A DNA stretch of 63,884 bases, counting the filler, from Dugesia japonica (Eukaryota), in NCBI GenBank assembly GCA_001938525.1. It is 6 parts of 6 records of this genome, joined end to end, with 100 filler letters (N's around TTAATTAATTAA, not from the genome) between each part and the next. Parts side by side here need not be neighbours in the genome. Positions count along the whole stretch, not along the records: positions 44,505 to 54,373 come from MQRL01629039.1; positions 54,474 to 63,884 come from MQRL01462048.1; 4 more parts are not named here. One strand, given 5' to 3'. Both the position numbers and the translations under genes were made by a program. The notes below the pieces were generated by a model. It saw only the letters and a program-made list of their open reading frames with translations. It was not told the origin of the DNA and searched no databases. Positions 51,516 to 63,884 of this stretch are shown here, piece by piece. Position 1 is the first letter of the stretch. The number at the start of each line of letters is the position of its first letter.

Positions 51516-52700
51516 AGTTTTTTATGGTTTTTCCAAGCAATATTTGTCCAAGAACTCAGCCTGAGAATAATGAGAGCAAGTATTTTATGGACTATGATAA
51601 TGTCATCAACCTAAAAGATGATCCCTAGGAAGTTACCATGACAAAATATGTTTTTAATTATTGTCCTCAAACTATTCGGAAAGATTCAAAAATTGAATAT
51701 AAAATAAAATAGGTGAATGGAACTAAAAACAAATTTCAAATAGCAATAGTAAACGGTAGAGTTCAACTACATACTTTTCCTGAAAGCATTAAATATAATA
51801 TAAGTATCGATCAGAAAATAAAATTGTTAATAAAAACACACTGTCAAGCGGAAATCGAGTTCAATTCGCTATCACACTGTAAGAAATTTTGATTTCATTC
51901 ATTAATTAGAAAAAACTGGAAACCACTACTTTTAATTATTGAAGCTGATTGGCATTGGTACTAAAAAATATTCCAGCAATAGCATTGAAATTAAAGTTTA
52001 GTATTATTGAAGCAATTGCTATTATAAAAGAAATTGAACATATTATAAATGTTGAAATTAAAGATGGAAATCTTACAGTTGTTGGATTAAAAAACAAATC
52101 TAATTACTACATACATTTGGATGAAGAAAGGGAAATAATTATCAAATCAGATTGTTATGTGGAATCGGAATTTATCTCGTTACCAAATGCTCAATTACTG
52201 GGATTTCATTTGAATAGGAATAAAAGCAAAACAGTGGAATCAGTTATTAAAAAAGATTTGTTCAAATATCAGCGGAAAAGGTTGGAAAAACAGATGTTAA
52301 GGCAAAGCTTAACAAAATCAAAGAAGAAATAACTTGCTTTGAATTTGAAAGTAATTTAATGTTTAACGATATGGATAATTTGATTATACACTTTATAAAA
52401 ACATGTTACAAAATATTTAAAGAATTTGTAATATTCTCGAAACTTGAATTAGCCATGATTAAATTGCATGATGATATTAAATATGTATCATTCGATGCAA
52501 ATCTTACGCTAATAATAGGGTTACGATCTAGTAAATTTTACAAGTTCGTTGAACCAATAAAGAGTTTATATAAACCGTTATTCCTCGGTCGTGATAGGCA
52601 ACTATATATTTCCTCGTCAGTAGTTGATCCAATTTTGGTTGGTGATGTACGCATATCACTTTTGAGAAGTATATGAGTTGATATTAATAAACATTCAATT
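51512..52700 (+). pseudogene. Minor capsid/penton with long internal inserts
   Basis: FFMVFPSNI..PENN..INL.DDP*EV at the start; LYISSSVVDPILVGDVRISLLRSI near the end. Confidence 0.75.
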
Positions 52701-52729
52701 GGATATGTTGTACATGTATTTTATCGGTA

Positions 52730-53060
52730 ATCAACAGCAAGGTGGTAGAAATTGGATGCAAAGAATTGGACGATTTGCGATGCCAATTTGGCAAAGATTT
52801 AGTCTTTTAATTGCAAAGTCGGCGGGATAGGCAGCACTAAAAACTGTTGGCAATGTTATAAATAAGATGCAGTCATTTAAGGAATCACTCAAAATACAAG
52901 CAATGCATGTGTTGTCAGATGTGAAATCAAATTTCATTAATGCATTCAAGGAAGTCATTGATGGACAGCATAGTGGTTGAATACATAAGCAAAAGAATAA
53001 ACAGACAAAATTGAGTATAAACAAAAAACGACGACTAGATGGAATCGTCTTTGCAAAATA
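52730..53060 (+). pseudogene. PM-like small virion protein
   Basis: QQGGRNWMQRIGRFAMPIW, homologous to the 22477 ORF. Confidence 0.6.
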
Positions 53061-53074
53061 AAACTTTTGTATAG

Positions 53075-54240
53075 CGGAATAACTGAAATATCATCATTTG
53101 ACCATTATATACCACACGTTGTTGTTAAAAGCTCAACATTTGAGAAATATATCCAAAAGACTCTATAACCGGGTATGCTAGACAATAAATTGAATTCAAT
53201 ATTATTGGTTCAGATAATGATTACTGGGATTTGAATGATACATTACTCATTGCTACAATGAAAACTGTAAAACATTAGGGTACGGATTTTACATCAACTG
53301 ATAATACTAATATGACTCCTTCCAATTAGTTACTTCAGTCTATTCATATATGCAAAAGGCGGTAATTAAAAGCAGCGTTGAATTTCGTATCAAATGCAAA
53401 GGGCAAATTTCTTGAAGCCATTAGTTATCGCAAAGAAGATGAAAAAAGGAAAGGTTGAATAAAACAGTCTTCAAAGCTCACGCTCTGCATTGCACTTAAT
53501 CTTAATTGTTTTGATCAACCGTATTTGCTACCTGGAGTTAATGTGACAATTAAAGTGACAAAAAATTTCGGTTCGGTAATTTACAAATATACCAAGAGTA
53601 CTGATACAGTTGATATAAATCCACATTATAGAAGCAAAACAATTAGTGCGCCATGTTCGTGTTGATCAGTTAATTATGATTGGACACCGTCAAGGATTAG
53701 AACATCAAAACAAAATTTACCCTTTCTAGAAAACAAAAATCGTACATTTTACAATTCCGAAAATCTCGCAAGGAGAATATAAAGATAATTGTTTTTCCGA
53801 TGAACGATTACCGAAATATGTTTTGATTGCTTTCAAATCATCAAAACAAGCAAGTGGTGATTATTTTGTTCGACATTCTCAAAGTTCGGTGTAAAGTCAA
53901 TATGCTTTGCAAGAAAAGTTGATTTTCAAGAAGCATATACTACTGAATTTGATACCGACCATACTAAAGCATATTTGCATTCGATTATTCGCAAAACGCT
54001 CTGCTAAATTAAGATAAAAACAATGGTATTACTATGAAGGAATTTAAAGATTCGTACACGTTTTTCACATTTGCATAGTCTCCTAATTTTGCTGTTAATC
54101 AACCGAAATTTCCGAAAACCGAAAATCTCAAGTTGGATGTGCTATTCCAAGAGCCTTGACAGAATCACTGACAATGTATGCATATGGAGTATTAGATTCG
54201 GACATTCAAATAACCAAGAATTGAGTAGTAATTCCATAAA
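53075..54240 (+). pseudogene. Major capsid protein (PY-type), decayed
   Basis: IEFNIIGSDNDYWDLNDTLL, QPYLLPGVNV, LVRHVRV, RLPKYVLIAF and NNGITMKEFKDSYTFFTF. Confidence 0.85.
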
Positions 54241-55099
54241 CAATGCATATATATGTTTGTGGTTGTATGTGTATTGCAAAACATTAAGTAAGAATTTGTT
54301 TTTCTGCAAAAAGCGTTTTATTGATTGATAGTACTTTTCAGATGGAAACAATATTGAAACCTGAATTGGGCAGNNNNNNNNNNNNNNNNNNNNNNNNNNN
54401 NNNNNNNNNNNNNNNNNTTAATTAATTAANNNNNNNNNNNNNNNNNNNNNNNNNNNNNNNNNNNNNNNNNNNNCAAAATTACTGTAGAAATAATTGTAAT
54501 TTATTGCAATAAAGATCAAATGAATATTAACTAATTGTAATACTTGTAAATATTTTTTACTATAAAACACGAAATTATTTTAAATTTGATTATATTACAA
54601 TGTAAACACGTTAGAGTCTTACAAATTGCTTTCATTTAGAAATCGTTTTAAAGGTAATTCTAACTATTCTTAAAATAGAATTTTGTTTTTACTCAATTGT
54701 GTGTAAGGAAAAACTGTTATTGATTTCTGTTTTCTTTAACAATATCTACAGTTAATAGTCAACATTGAAATATATTACTCATAAATCAAGATTTATAGAA
54801 CACCGAATTATGTGTTTATATTTTTAGTATTCTTAATGTAATTTTTAATTTCTCGATCAAAAAAATTTAATAATTGTCAGTAAGTCAAAAATTATTTATA
54901 AATTTAATAGGGAAACCATAAAACTTTAAAATGAAAACAAATCTTTTGTCCTGTTCGTGTTTTATAAGATTGATTATGGTAATTTAATCTCCTTCTCGCT
55001 AACCTCATTTTCCCCATAATGTTTTATTAAATTGAAACAGTGAAATTATAAATTGATAGAGGACAAGCATATTGTCACTGGTAACCACTCCAGAACTGT

Positions 55100-56740
55100 G
55101 CATGCGGTGACAAGGCAACAGCATCAATGGAAAGCAATTTTTGATGCGTTACTAAAAAAGCGCAAGAATTAATAAATTTTAAAGTCAGAAAATATGATGG
55201 GAAAGGTGCAGAAGAAGCCTCAAAATGGTTTAATGATATCTAGTTATTAACTATTGTTAACGATTTCAATTTGTTGGATATCTTTAATTTACTATTGTCA
55301 GATAAAGGAGGAATTCTTTAGAAAGATTTTAAAAGATTGAAATCACAACGGAGAAAGCCAAAAGATGGTTCACAGATACATTTATGATTAAAAAAATCGT
55401 TTTCAGAGCTGATTTTAGAATAAGCAATGTCAAAACAAGAGACTGAAGAAAGATTCGCAACAGTAAGAAATTTTGTAGTGTCATGAAATAATTAATGACG
55501 TAATCTCAAAGAAGGTGAAAAATACAAAGTTGAGAGAAACATTGACGTCCTGATATCAAGATTACGGAAATGAGTTCCAAAATGGACAATATTATTGCTG
55601 CATAAACGATACCAATGTTCGTTAAAAGATAAATATTTAATTTTCCGCAAGTCTGGTCATAATTTTAGATCTTGTACGATTTTACAGGGTTGATCTAGTA
55701 AAAAGAACACTAAAATTGTATGTATTCAGGATTTGAACGATTCAGAAGAAGACGATGAGAACGTGGCAGATTATTATGTAATGATGGGGAGAAAACTAGA
55801 CCAATTCCATTGCTTACATTTCGTCGATGGAGTCAGTATAGAAAAAGATAAAATAAATCAAAATGATGATGAAAGAGGAGAGATATTTGAAAAAGAAGAT
55901 GTATGAGAATGGAGTAGAGTAGAGGTTAATGGATAAAATTTAGAGATGTTGAGGGATTCAGGAGCTTTGGTGACAGTCATGAGTGACAACTATTGGATTA
56001 AAATTAGAAACTGTTGTTCTCGGTGTGTAATATCAGATTAAATGAAGCATTTAATAATGACAGAGAAAAATCGTTGGGTATAGCACAATTAAGTTTACAG
56101 TGGAACAAGAAAGTCCGGAAAATTAAAGTCATCATAGTTAGACAGATCCACACAGAATTAATAGGCGGTTTTGGAGTGAAGTTAACAGAAATAAATAACA
56201 TGAGAGTCTGAAGATAACACATTTTGATATAGATAGGAAAAATAACGCATTGGAGTAGTTTAAAGGAATTGATAATAGAAAAATGGTTCAGCTGATTCAG
56301 AATTTTGGTGAGATATTCATAGCTTCAGGGTTGGATATTGGATATATGGGAAAAGTATTGAGAACAGAAAAGTGTATTTTCCAATACTAGACATTCAGTT
56401 ATTATTAGACTGTTTATCTGGCTCAAAAGTATTTTCATCTTTTGATCTGGGCCAGGTGGAGTTAAGGGAAAATTCACGGGATGTCACTGTTTTTAGTAAA
56501 AGAAAGGTCAATTCAGATTGAACCGAATCCCTCTTGGATTAGCTGCAGTACCGGAAACTTTTCAAAAGTTAATGTACGAGTTATTGGAGGTATTTATTTT
56601 CAAAATAGTTAATATATCTGGAAACATCTGTGTATCTGTACGATATTCTGGTGTACGGAAAAACTTTGGAGGATCACGACAAAATGTTAGAGACAGTCTT
56701 TTTCAGGAACACAGATTCGGAATTAAAAATAGTTACAATG
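55100..56740 (+). pseudogene. Ty3/Gypsy gag-protease-RT remnant
   Basis: RKYDGKGAE..KWF, MLRDSGA.VTV, VFSSFDLG and RIPLGLAAVPETFQKLM. Confidence 0.75.
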
Positions 56741-56832
56741 ATTAACACTTTGTTTTAATATTATTTAGTAATTGTTTAATTTTGATTTATAATTAATATT
56801 TAAATTAAGTCTGATTTCGAAAGTAACTTAAC

Positions 56833-59800
56833 TGGCGACCACGCCGAAAATGTTGATGTATTGACACTCAAACAGCGAAAATTAATTTTAGAAACCTTGT
56901 TTAATTTTAATATAAGAAAATATGATGGCAAAAATGCTTCAGAAGCTACAGCATGCTGAAAGAAATCGACGAATGGTTCATTTTGAATTATTTATACTTA
57001 ATAGGAATTTTCAATGTCTTGTTATCAGGGAAATTGGAGTTTTATTGAAAAATTCGAAGTGGTTACAGAATTATGAAAAAAGAGATAAAAAAGTGGTTTG
57101 TAGTCACTTTTACAATAAAAAAATCTATCACGGAAACTATAATGGAGCTTGCAACAGTTAAACAAGAATCAGAAGAAATTTGAAAATCTTGCAACGTTCG
57201 AGATACGAGTAAGAAATTTAGTTAACTGTTTATTGAATTCAGGATTAGGTAATGATGAAATTTTAAATGATTTGCTGACAAAAAAGTTAAGGAATCAAAA
57301 TTTGTGAGAGTCGCTTACAACAAGACCAGAAATTAAAGCTGCTGAGATGAGCTTTCTGGCAAAAACATATGAAGATAAAAAACATTTCCAACGCCTTGCA
57401 AGAAATTGATATTTGCGCAATACTGAGAAAGAGTTATTCAAATGTGTTAAAAAGAGACCAAAATAATAATGAGAGACGAGCTCAAAACCAGCTGTTGGTT
57501 CATTTTAAAACCAATAATAGTGTAAGATATGAAAAACCAAGAACAGGAATGTCAAAGTATTAGAGAAAATACAACGAGAGGACGTCACAACCAGCGATTA
57601 CAGAGAACAGAACACAGGGTTTAAGTTCGTTGGGAAATGTAGAACTGATTGCTAAATGAAAAAATAAAGTGATAGTTATTGAAATCATAATTGTTAAAAA
57701 GATACGACCACAATTTATTGGTGGGATAGATGCAATGAAAAGTTTTGGAATAAAACAGACAGATGTTAATAAAATTGAAACTTAATGTTTGGAAAGAAAC
57801 CACTCAAATTATGATAGAAAGAATTTTGCATTAAATGTCTTCAAAGAAACAAATTACAAAAGATCCAACTGATATAATTTCGAGGTTTCGTGAAATATTC
57901 ACAGCGTCTAAGTTTAATATAGTACATACTAAACAAGTTGTACACGAAATAAAAGTATTTGGAAATCCAATTGTTTAATATCTCCGGAGACAACCGATGC
58001 ACTTGGAAAAGAAGATTGACGAAATGATACAGAATTTAATAAGTATTGGGGTAATTAGCAAATGTAAAAGTCCGTGGAATTCACCTTTAGTAATTGTTGG
58101 GAAAAAAGATGATTTGATAAGAATGTGTGTGATTATCGACAATTGAATATGATCACTGAATAAATTTCATTTCCGATGCCAGACATCTAGTTATTTTTGG
58201 ATTGCTTAGCAAGTGCAAAAATATTTTCTTCAATTGATCTAGGACAAGCTTACTACCAGGTAGAACTATCAGAAATGTTACGGCGTTTAGTACAAAAGAG
58301 GGTCAATTTAGGTTCAATTGGATCCCATTCGAATTGGCAATGGCACCGTCAACGTTTCAAAAGTTGATGCATGATATGTCTGCCAGGGTAAATTTTAAAG
58401 GTATCATCGTGTATCTAGATGATATATTAGTGTATGGAAGGACAGTCGAATATCATAAGGAAATTTTAAAAGACGTTTTGAACAGAATCAGAGAATTACA
58501 ATTGAGGATAAATCCAAAAAAATTTAAATTTTACTGAAAACAACTGGTCTTTTTAGGACACACAATAAGTTCAGAAGGAGTAAAAACAAACGAAACTAAA
58601 TGCTGAAGAACCAAAATTTTCATCTAAACTCAGGTATTTTCTTGGTTTAACCAATTACTACAAAACATATGGGTCCAGGAACCTCACTGCTCATGAAAAG
58701 GGTTACTACTTTACAAAAAAGAATTGCTGGTATTACATGTGGAAAGAGATTCTTAACAATAACCGATCACATAGCATTGATATTTATGAATAACACCAAA
58801 AACCGATAAGCCCATAATTTCAAACGTGAATGGCAAATCTGGGAGAATATGATTTTTAGTTAAAATAGGGGGAGAACATAACAATGCTTGTGGATTATCT
58901 CTGGATAAATGAGAGTTTTTGCTCAGAATGCCAAACTGCATATTTGGATGCAAAGAAAGAAAAATCAAGAGTAAAATATATTAACAGAATACAACAGAAT
59001 GAAAATATCATAGAAAAAATTCGGAAGGCATAGAAAAATGATCTAATAGTACAAAGAATAATTGACAAAATGCAAAACGAAGTACAACTAGCAGAAAAGA
59101 TCATTCAAGGCAACTATTTGGATAAACTTAATCACGAATCGAAAATTCGTGATGGATTATTAGTCGTAGAAAGAGAAAATAAAAATTTCATAATAGTACC
59201 AACAAGTATAACCAACGAAATAATCAGACATATTCATGAAGAGTTCTGTCATTTAGGAATAAAGTAGATATTTTCATATTTCGAGATTCATTATTACTGG
59301 CTTGTAATGATGGAGACTATTAAAAATAACTTGATTAAATATGTGATTTGTGCAAATAGAAAAATGGATCAAGGAAGAACGAAAGAACTGATGTTATCTA
59401 GAAATTCTCAAGTAATTTTGGAACAAATTGTGGTAGATATTGCACATATGGAAACAGTGGCATCAGGAAAAAAGTATATGGTAGTGATTATTGATCCGTT
59501 TAGCAAACTAGTAAGTATATCAGCGGTATCAAAGATAAATGAAGAAAAAATATTCGGAATAATTTTGAACAAATGGATATATCGTTTCGGCAAACCAAAG
59601 AGCACATTAACCTACAGAGGAAGAGTGTTTGAGAGTAAATATATGTTAGAGAAGTTAGCAACGTTTAATATTAAACAAGCTCACTGTACCAATACCAATC
59701 AAATGGACTTGTAGAAAGAATGATTCGTACGATAAGAGAATTGATTACAACTTCATTTAAAGTAAATTGTAGTGAAATAAACTGGGATGCATTACTTCCA

Positions 59801-60050
59801 GGAATTAAGTTCAGTATAAACGTTAATGTTCAAGAGTAGACAAAATTGTCACCATTTGAGAATGTTTTCGAAAGGCATATAAATTTGCATGCAAAGATTG
59901 AAACCATGTCTAAAAACATAAAAATTAATCTAAAGACAGTTAGACAAAATTTAAATACTAATTAAAAAAGTGAATTTAAAAGCGTGAACATAGAATTTTC
60001 AAAGTGGGAAAGAGGGTGTTAATTTGTGTCAAACCACACAAAAGAAAGAA
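56833..60050 (+). mobile_element. Ty3/Gypsy internal region (PBS, gag, RT, RNase H, integrase), decayed
   Basis: PBS TGGCGACC; SPWNSPLV; IDLGQAYYQV; APSTFQKLM; VYLDDILV; IHEEFCHLG; VDIAH..IDPFSK..RFGKP. Confidence 0.88.
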
Positions 60051-60059
60051 GAATGATTT

Positions 60060-62335
60060 CCAATATTAAGGACCACTATTTCATAGTGTTGCTGCTTTGT
60101 TTTCGTAAATATAAGAATATCATCTAGGTAAACCATTGCTCCTTTTATTTTCCCGATTACTTTAATCATCATTTCCTGGAACGTACCTGGTGCTTTCAAA
60201 ATTTCAAAAGGCATTCTTTTGAAACAATATTGTCCTTTTTTAGTCGAAAAAGCCGTCTTCTCTTGATAATCTTCATTAAGTTCCACTTGATAGTATTCAC
60301 TTCCCAAGTCTATTAAGCTAAAATAGTGTGTGCCTTCCAAAGCATCCAGCATTTCATCCACACTTGCCATAGGAAAAGCTTGTCTTTCTGTTATTTCATT
60401 GAGCTGTCTAAAGTCTAAACATAATAGTATATTCTTTGTTACCTTTTCCTAAACACAGATTTATGGCGCATTCCATTGCGAATTACACTTCCGGATGATA
60501 CCGTTATCAAACAGATTCTTGATGGCCTCTTCAATATTCTCTTCTAAATGCATTGGTTGAAGATATGTTTTTATGTTGATTGGACTTCCTTTAGATTGGA
60601 CCTAATCGATGCTTTGTTAAATGTGTGCATCCAATTTTCCGTTTATACACCATAAATACATCCTCATTATTCTGAATAATCGCAGTCAATCTATGATCTT
60701 TGATAATTTATAGAATCTCCATAGCATGTCTCAATCGTTCTCCCATCTCTATCTGCCTTCAAAACTTTACATCAATGTTACAAACAAATTTGTCTCGTTG
60801 ATTATTGATGTCTACTCTGCACTGTTTTTGAAGATGATACCCAAAAATATTCTAAAATTCCAATGCAACAATCAGATCTGGTATTAGTTTCTCTACTATT
60901 ATAAATAATACCTCCTTGCACACCTCTAAAACTACAACTTCCACACGTATATTTCTAATTGTCTCCAATGAGCTGTTATTCGCGCAATACAATTGTTCTT
61001 TGCTTTTTTCTAACATTGTTTGTCCGAGTCTATTAAATTCTTTCATGCTCATTAAATTTATTCTTGCTCCTGTATCTAAGAAACAATCAAACTGATCACC
61101 CTTGATCATCACTATAATGATAGGTCTTTCTTGCATTTTATACTACGAAATTTCTATGTTCTATTTCTCTTCAATTGTTCCTATCACTTCTGCTCTGTTA
61201 ACTTTCGCCTCATTGAAACTTTCTCTTTTTAGGAAACTGTAAACCTTTTATCTCACTTTACTCGGCTCATTTCATTTCCCGGCCTCTTGGGGATAATCAA
61301 ACGGTATCCCGTTTAATGAATGGCTCCAACCAAGTGTATCATTTTTCTTCAAGTCTTGGTTTATTAATGTTCGAGTAACATTCTTCTGCTCTGTGACCTG
61401 GTCTTTTACACCTACCGCATATAATTTCTGTGCACATTCTTCTGATGTGACTAATCTTACCACACCCAAAACATTTTGGTGGCTTCTTGTCTGGACAATT
61501 TCTATTTCAATGCCCTTTCTTGTGGCAAGTCCAACATTCCAATTGGGAATTTTTTGGACAGTCTCTTTTTGTGTGCCCATAACTCTGGCATGTCCAACAT
61601 TGTGGCTCTGTTCTTTTCTTAACTCTCTTGATCTTTTGTCTTCTCTCTCCGGTACGTTCTCCACGTGTTACACCCGCGTAACTTTCTACTACATTAATAG
61701 GTTCTCTTATTTCCATTTTTCAACTAATGATAGTGTTTCTTTTATATCTTCTACTTTCTCCAATTTTCGCCTGAATTTCTCTTCTTCTACTTTTTTACTA
61801 TCCGCACAAATTATTAGCATTTTTGAAAACAGTTTTTCTTTCGTCAGCTCTCCATTTGCTAAAGATTTATAGACTAAATCTTCCACTTTTTAAAGAACAA
61901 CTCAAGTTCTTCACCACCACGTCGATAGCGTACAAGGTTCTGTAAGTCTTTTATTATATATCTCTTGCTTTCAAAAGCTAATCGCAATCTCTCTCGATAT
62001 CCGTCAGCTTTCTTCAATGTCTTCACATATGTTTCCATTAAATCTTCATAAAGCATACATGTTATCCAACGCTCCTGATTTTTCTTAATAACGATGTTCT
62101 TCTCTTCGAAGTATGTTTCATACCGTTTAATAAACTTCTCTAGATCATTGCCTCTGCAAAATATTTTTGACAACAGCTTCTCTGTGGTCGCATCGAGGTT
62201 TACCGCTGCCACCATGTTAGATGACTTTGAAGAACTCATTAGATAATTAATATCAAACTCATTTCCATAAAAAGTTTTATTCACAAAACAAAGCTATATC
62301 CATAATTTTTTGTTTATTCAAACAAATTAAAACTT
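60060..62335 (-). mobile_element. Ty3/Gypsy 5' part (LTR end, PBS, gag, protease, RT)
   Basis: LTR end TAACA followed by PBS TGGTGGCAGCGG at 62214. Gag has four CCHC-like knuckles; FLDTGA; YCFKRMPF..VYLDDILI. Confidence 0.9.
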
Positions 62336-62339
62336 ATGT

Positions 62340-62590
62340 GGAATAGAGCAAGTCTGGAAAGAAATATATGTTGGCAATTATTGATCGTTTTAGCAAACTA
62401 GTCAGCCTATCTGCAGTTTCAGACATGAATGAAGAGACGATTTTTATGACAGTTTTGAACAAATGGATATACTGTTTTGGTAAATCAAAATCCATTCTGA
62501 CGGGCAGAGGTAAAGTGTTTGAATGTCAAGTGATGACAAAGACACTAGGAAAATTTGGAATTGTACATAAATTTAGTAAGCCATTTGACA
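62340..62590 (+). pseudogene. Gypsy integrase core fragment
   Basis: IIDRFSKLV..KWIYCFGK..ILTGRGKVFE, near-paralogous to the 59307 ORF. Confidence 0.8.
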
Positions 62591-63487
62591 GTTGATAACT
62601 TTGAAAGCCCAATTTTTCACGACAGTTTTTTATAGCATTAATTTGCCTTAAAAAATTTACATTTTACTTATTAACATCACCAAGCTATCTTAAATAGTTT
62701 GATCAAAAAATGTGAAAAATTCGATAAATTATGACAGACATAATAATAATTTTATTATATATAATAATTAAAAAAAATTGTTTGTAAATCTAATTATAAA
62801 TCACCATATTATTTGAATTAAGAAACGATGGATGTGACAATCTATTTTGTCATGTGAAACAATGTATGATTGTAAACAGAAAAACATACCAACTTGAATT
62901 TTTCTATCAAGTTGTCATAATAAGACTGGAAGAAATAAAAGTTAGTTTCAAATTTATGGTACTAAAAGGATTTGTATTTTGACGCCGAAGGATCCAAGAA
63001 TTATGATATAATTTGTGAAATGAAGCTTTACTGAAATTGCTGTGCTACCATATTTCGTCAAGTATGAGAAGATAGATAGTGGCATACTGGAACACCACCC
63101 ACCTCCCGCTGACTGCTTTACTAATTTTGGTATTTTGCCTTTTTTGGAATTTTAGCATTTTGATTGGTCGTGGCACTCGTATAGCTGTTTGAAGTGATAG
63201 CTTTACAAATCTAAAAACGAGCTTAAAAGTAGATTAAAATATTTAAGTTAAAATAACAAGTTACCGAGTGAACTGTGTAAATTCGGCTTTCCAAATTTAA
63301 AACACGTTGGAAAAACTTGATAAGAACTTGCGGCTGAATGTTGAAAAATCATTCCGTTGATAAGTAAATCTCAAGTTTCAGTGGGGAAAGAATTGATTTA
63401 ATAGCAAATTCTAACTTGCTGGGCACTTAAGAGTTGAAGTTACAAATTTTTGCATATACTAGCTTATTTCTTATTAATACATTATTC

Positions 63488-63850
63488 CTGTGAGTGTGTT
63501 TTGAAAAGCGAGTTGAAAATTTCGTGCGATTGATGATCTTTTTTCTTAAAATCTTATATTTAAAAAAATTTAAATTATAGATAAAAACTTTAAATAACGT
63601 ATATTTGGTTTTAAATTTTAAATAATAAATTGGGATTTTGAAGGTCAAAGTATAGGTTCACTATAGACTTACATGCTGGAAGATACAAACGGAAAAGTCT
63701 AGAAAGAAACGTAAAGAAGATCAAAAAAATGAGGAATTTGAGTGTGTTTTGAAAATCGGGTTGAAATTTTTGTGTGATTACTGATCATCTTACTTAAAAT
63801 ATTTTATTTAAAAAAAATTTAAATTATCTGATGAAAAATTTAAATAACGA
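63488..63850. repeat. About 110-bp direct repeat pair
   Basis: TGAGTGTGTTTTGAAAA...TTTAAATAACG at about 63490-63599 and 63739-63849. Confidence 0.75.
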
Positions 63851-63884
63851 ATTTTGTTTTACAATTGCAATCATTTTGAGAATA

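Noticed and set aside
1-63884. Species assignment
   Set aside because: Composition, a 56-bp intron and the TE content suggest a compact AT-rich invertebrate genome, but the taxon cannot be established without a search.

Overview
Very AT-rich eukaryotic, most likely invertebrate, draft-assembly DNA. It is not one contiguous locus. Five artificial N44-TTAATTAATTAA-N44 spacers join six scaffolds: about 1-9867, 9968-23383, 23484-32578, 32679-44404, 44505-54373 and 54474-63884. The only clearly intact host gene is a 3-exon SRSF1/SRSF9-type SR splicing factor (31536-30171, minus strand). The rest is dominated by decayed mobile DNA. At least two Polinton/Maverick (adintovirus-like) lineages are present: lineage A (hexon-like MCP plus one ZnF-PLA2-integrase reading frame) and lineage B (ATPase, PW-like, INT, minor capsid, PM-like, MCP, adenain protease, pPolB, long terminal repeats). 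There are also several Ty3/Gypsy remnants, Tc1, pogo, hAT and piggyBac-like DNA transposon derivatives, and Penelope-like remnants with minimal hammerhead ribozyme motifs. Highlights: (1) a complete 2.9 kb, essentially non-coding mini-Polinton with AGTA termini and a perfect 6-bp TSD, plus smaller relatives nested in Polinton genes; (2) tandem E2F-N4-CHR (DREAM-type) motifs in the Polinton terminal repeats; (3) the ZnF-PLA2-integrase frame; (4) hammerhead-bearing palindromes; (5) a hairpin-rich zinc-finger element of unknown class. All family calls come from motif recognition by eye; no database searches were run.
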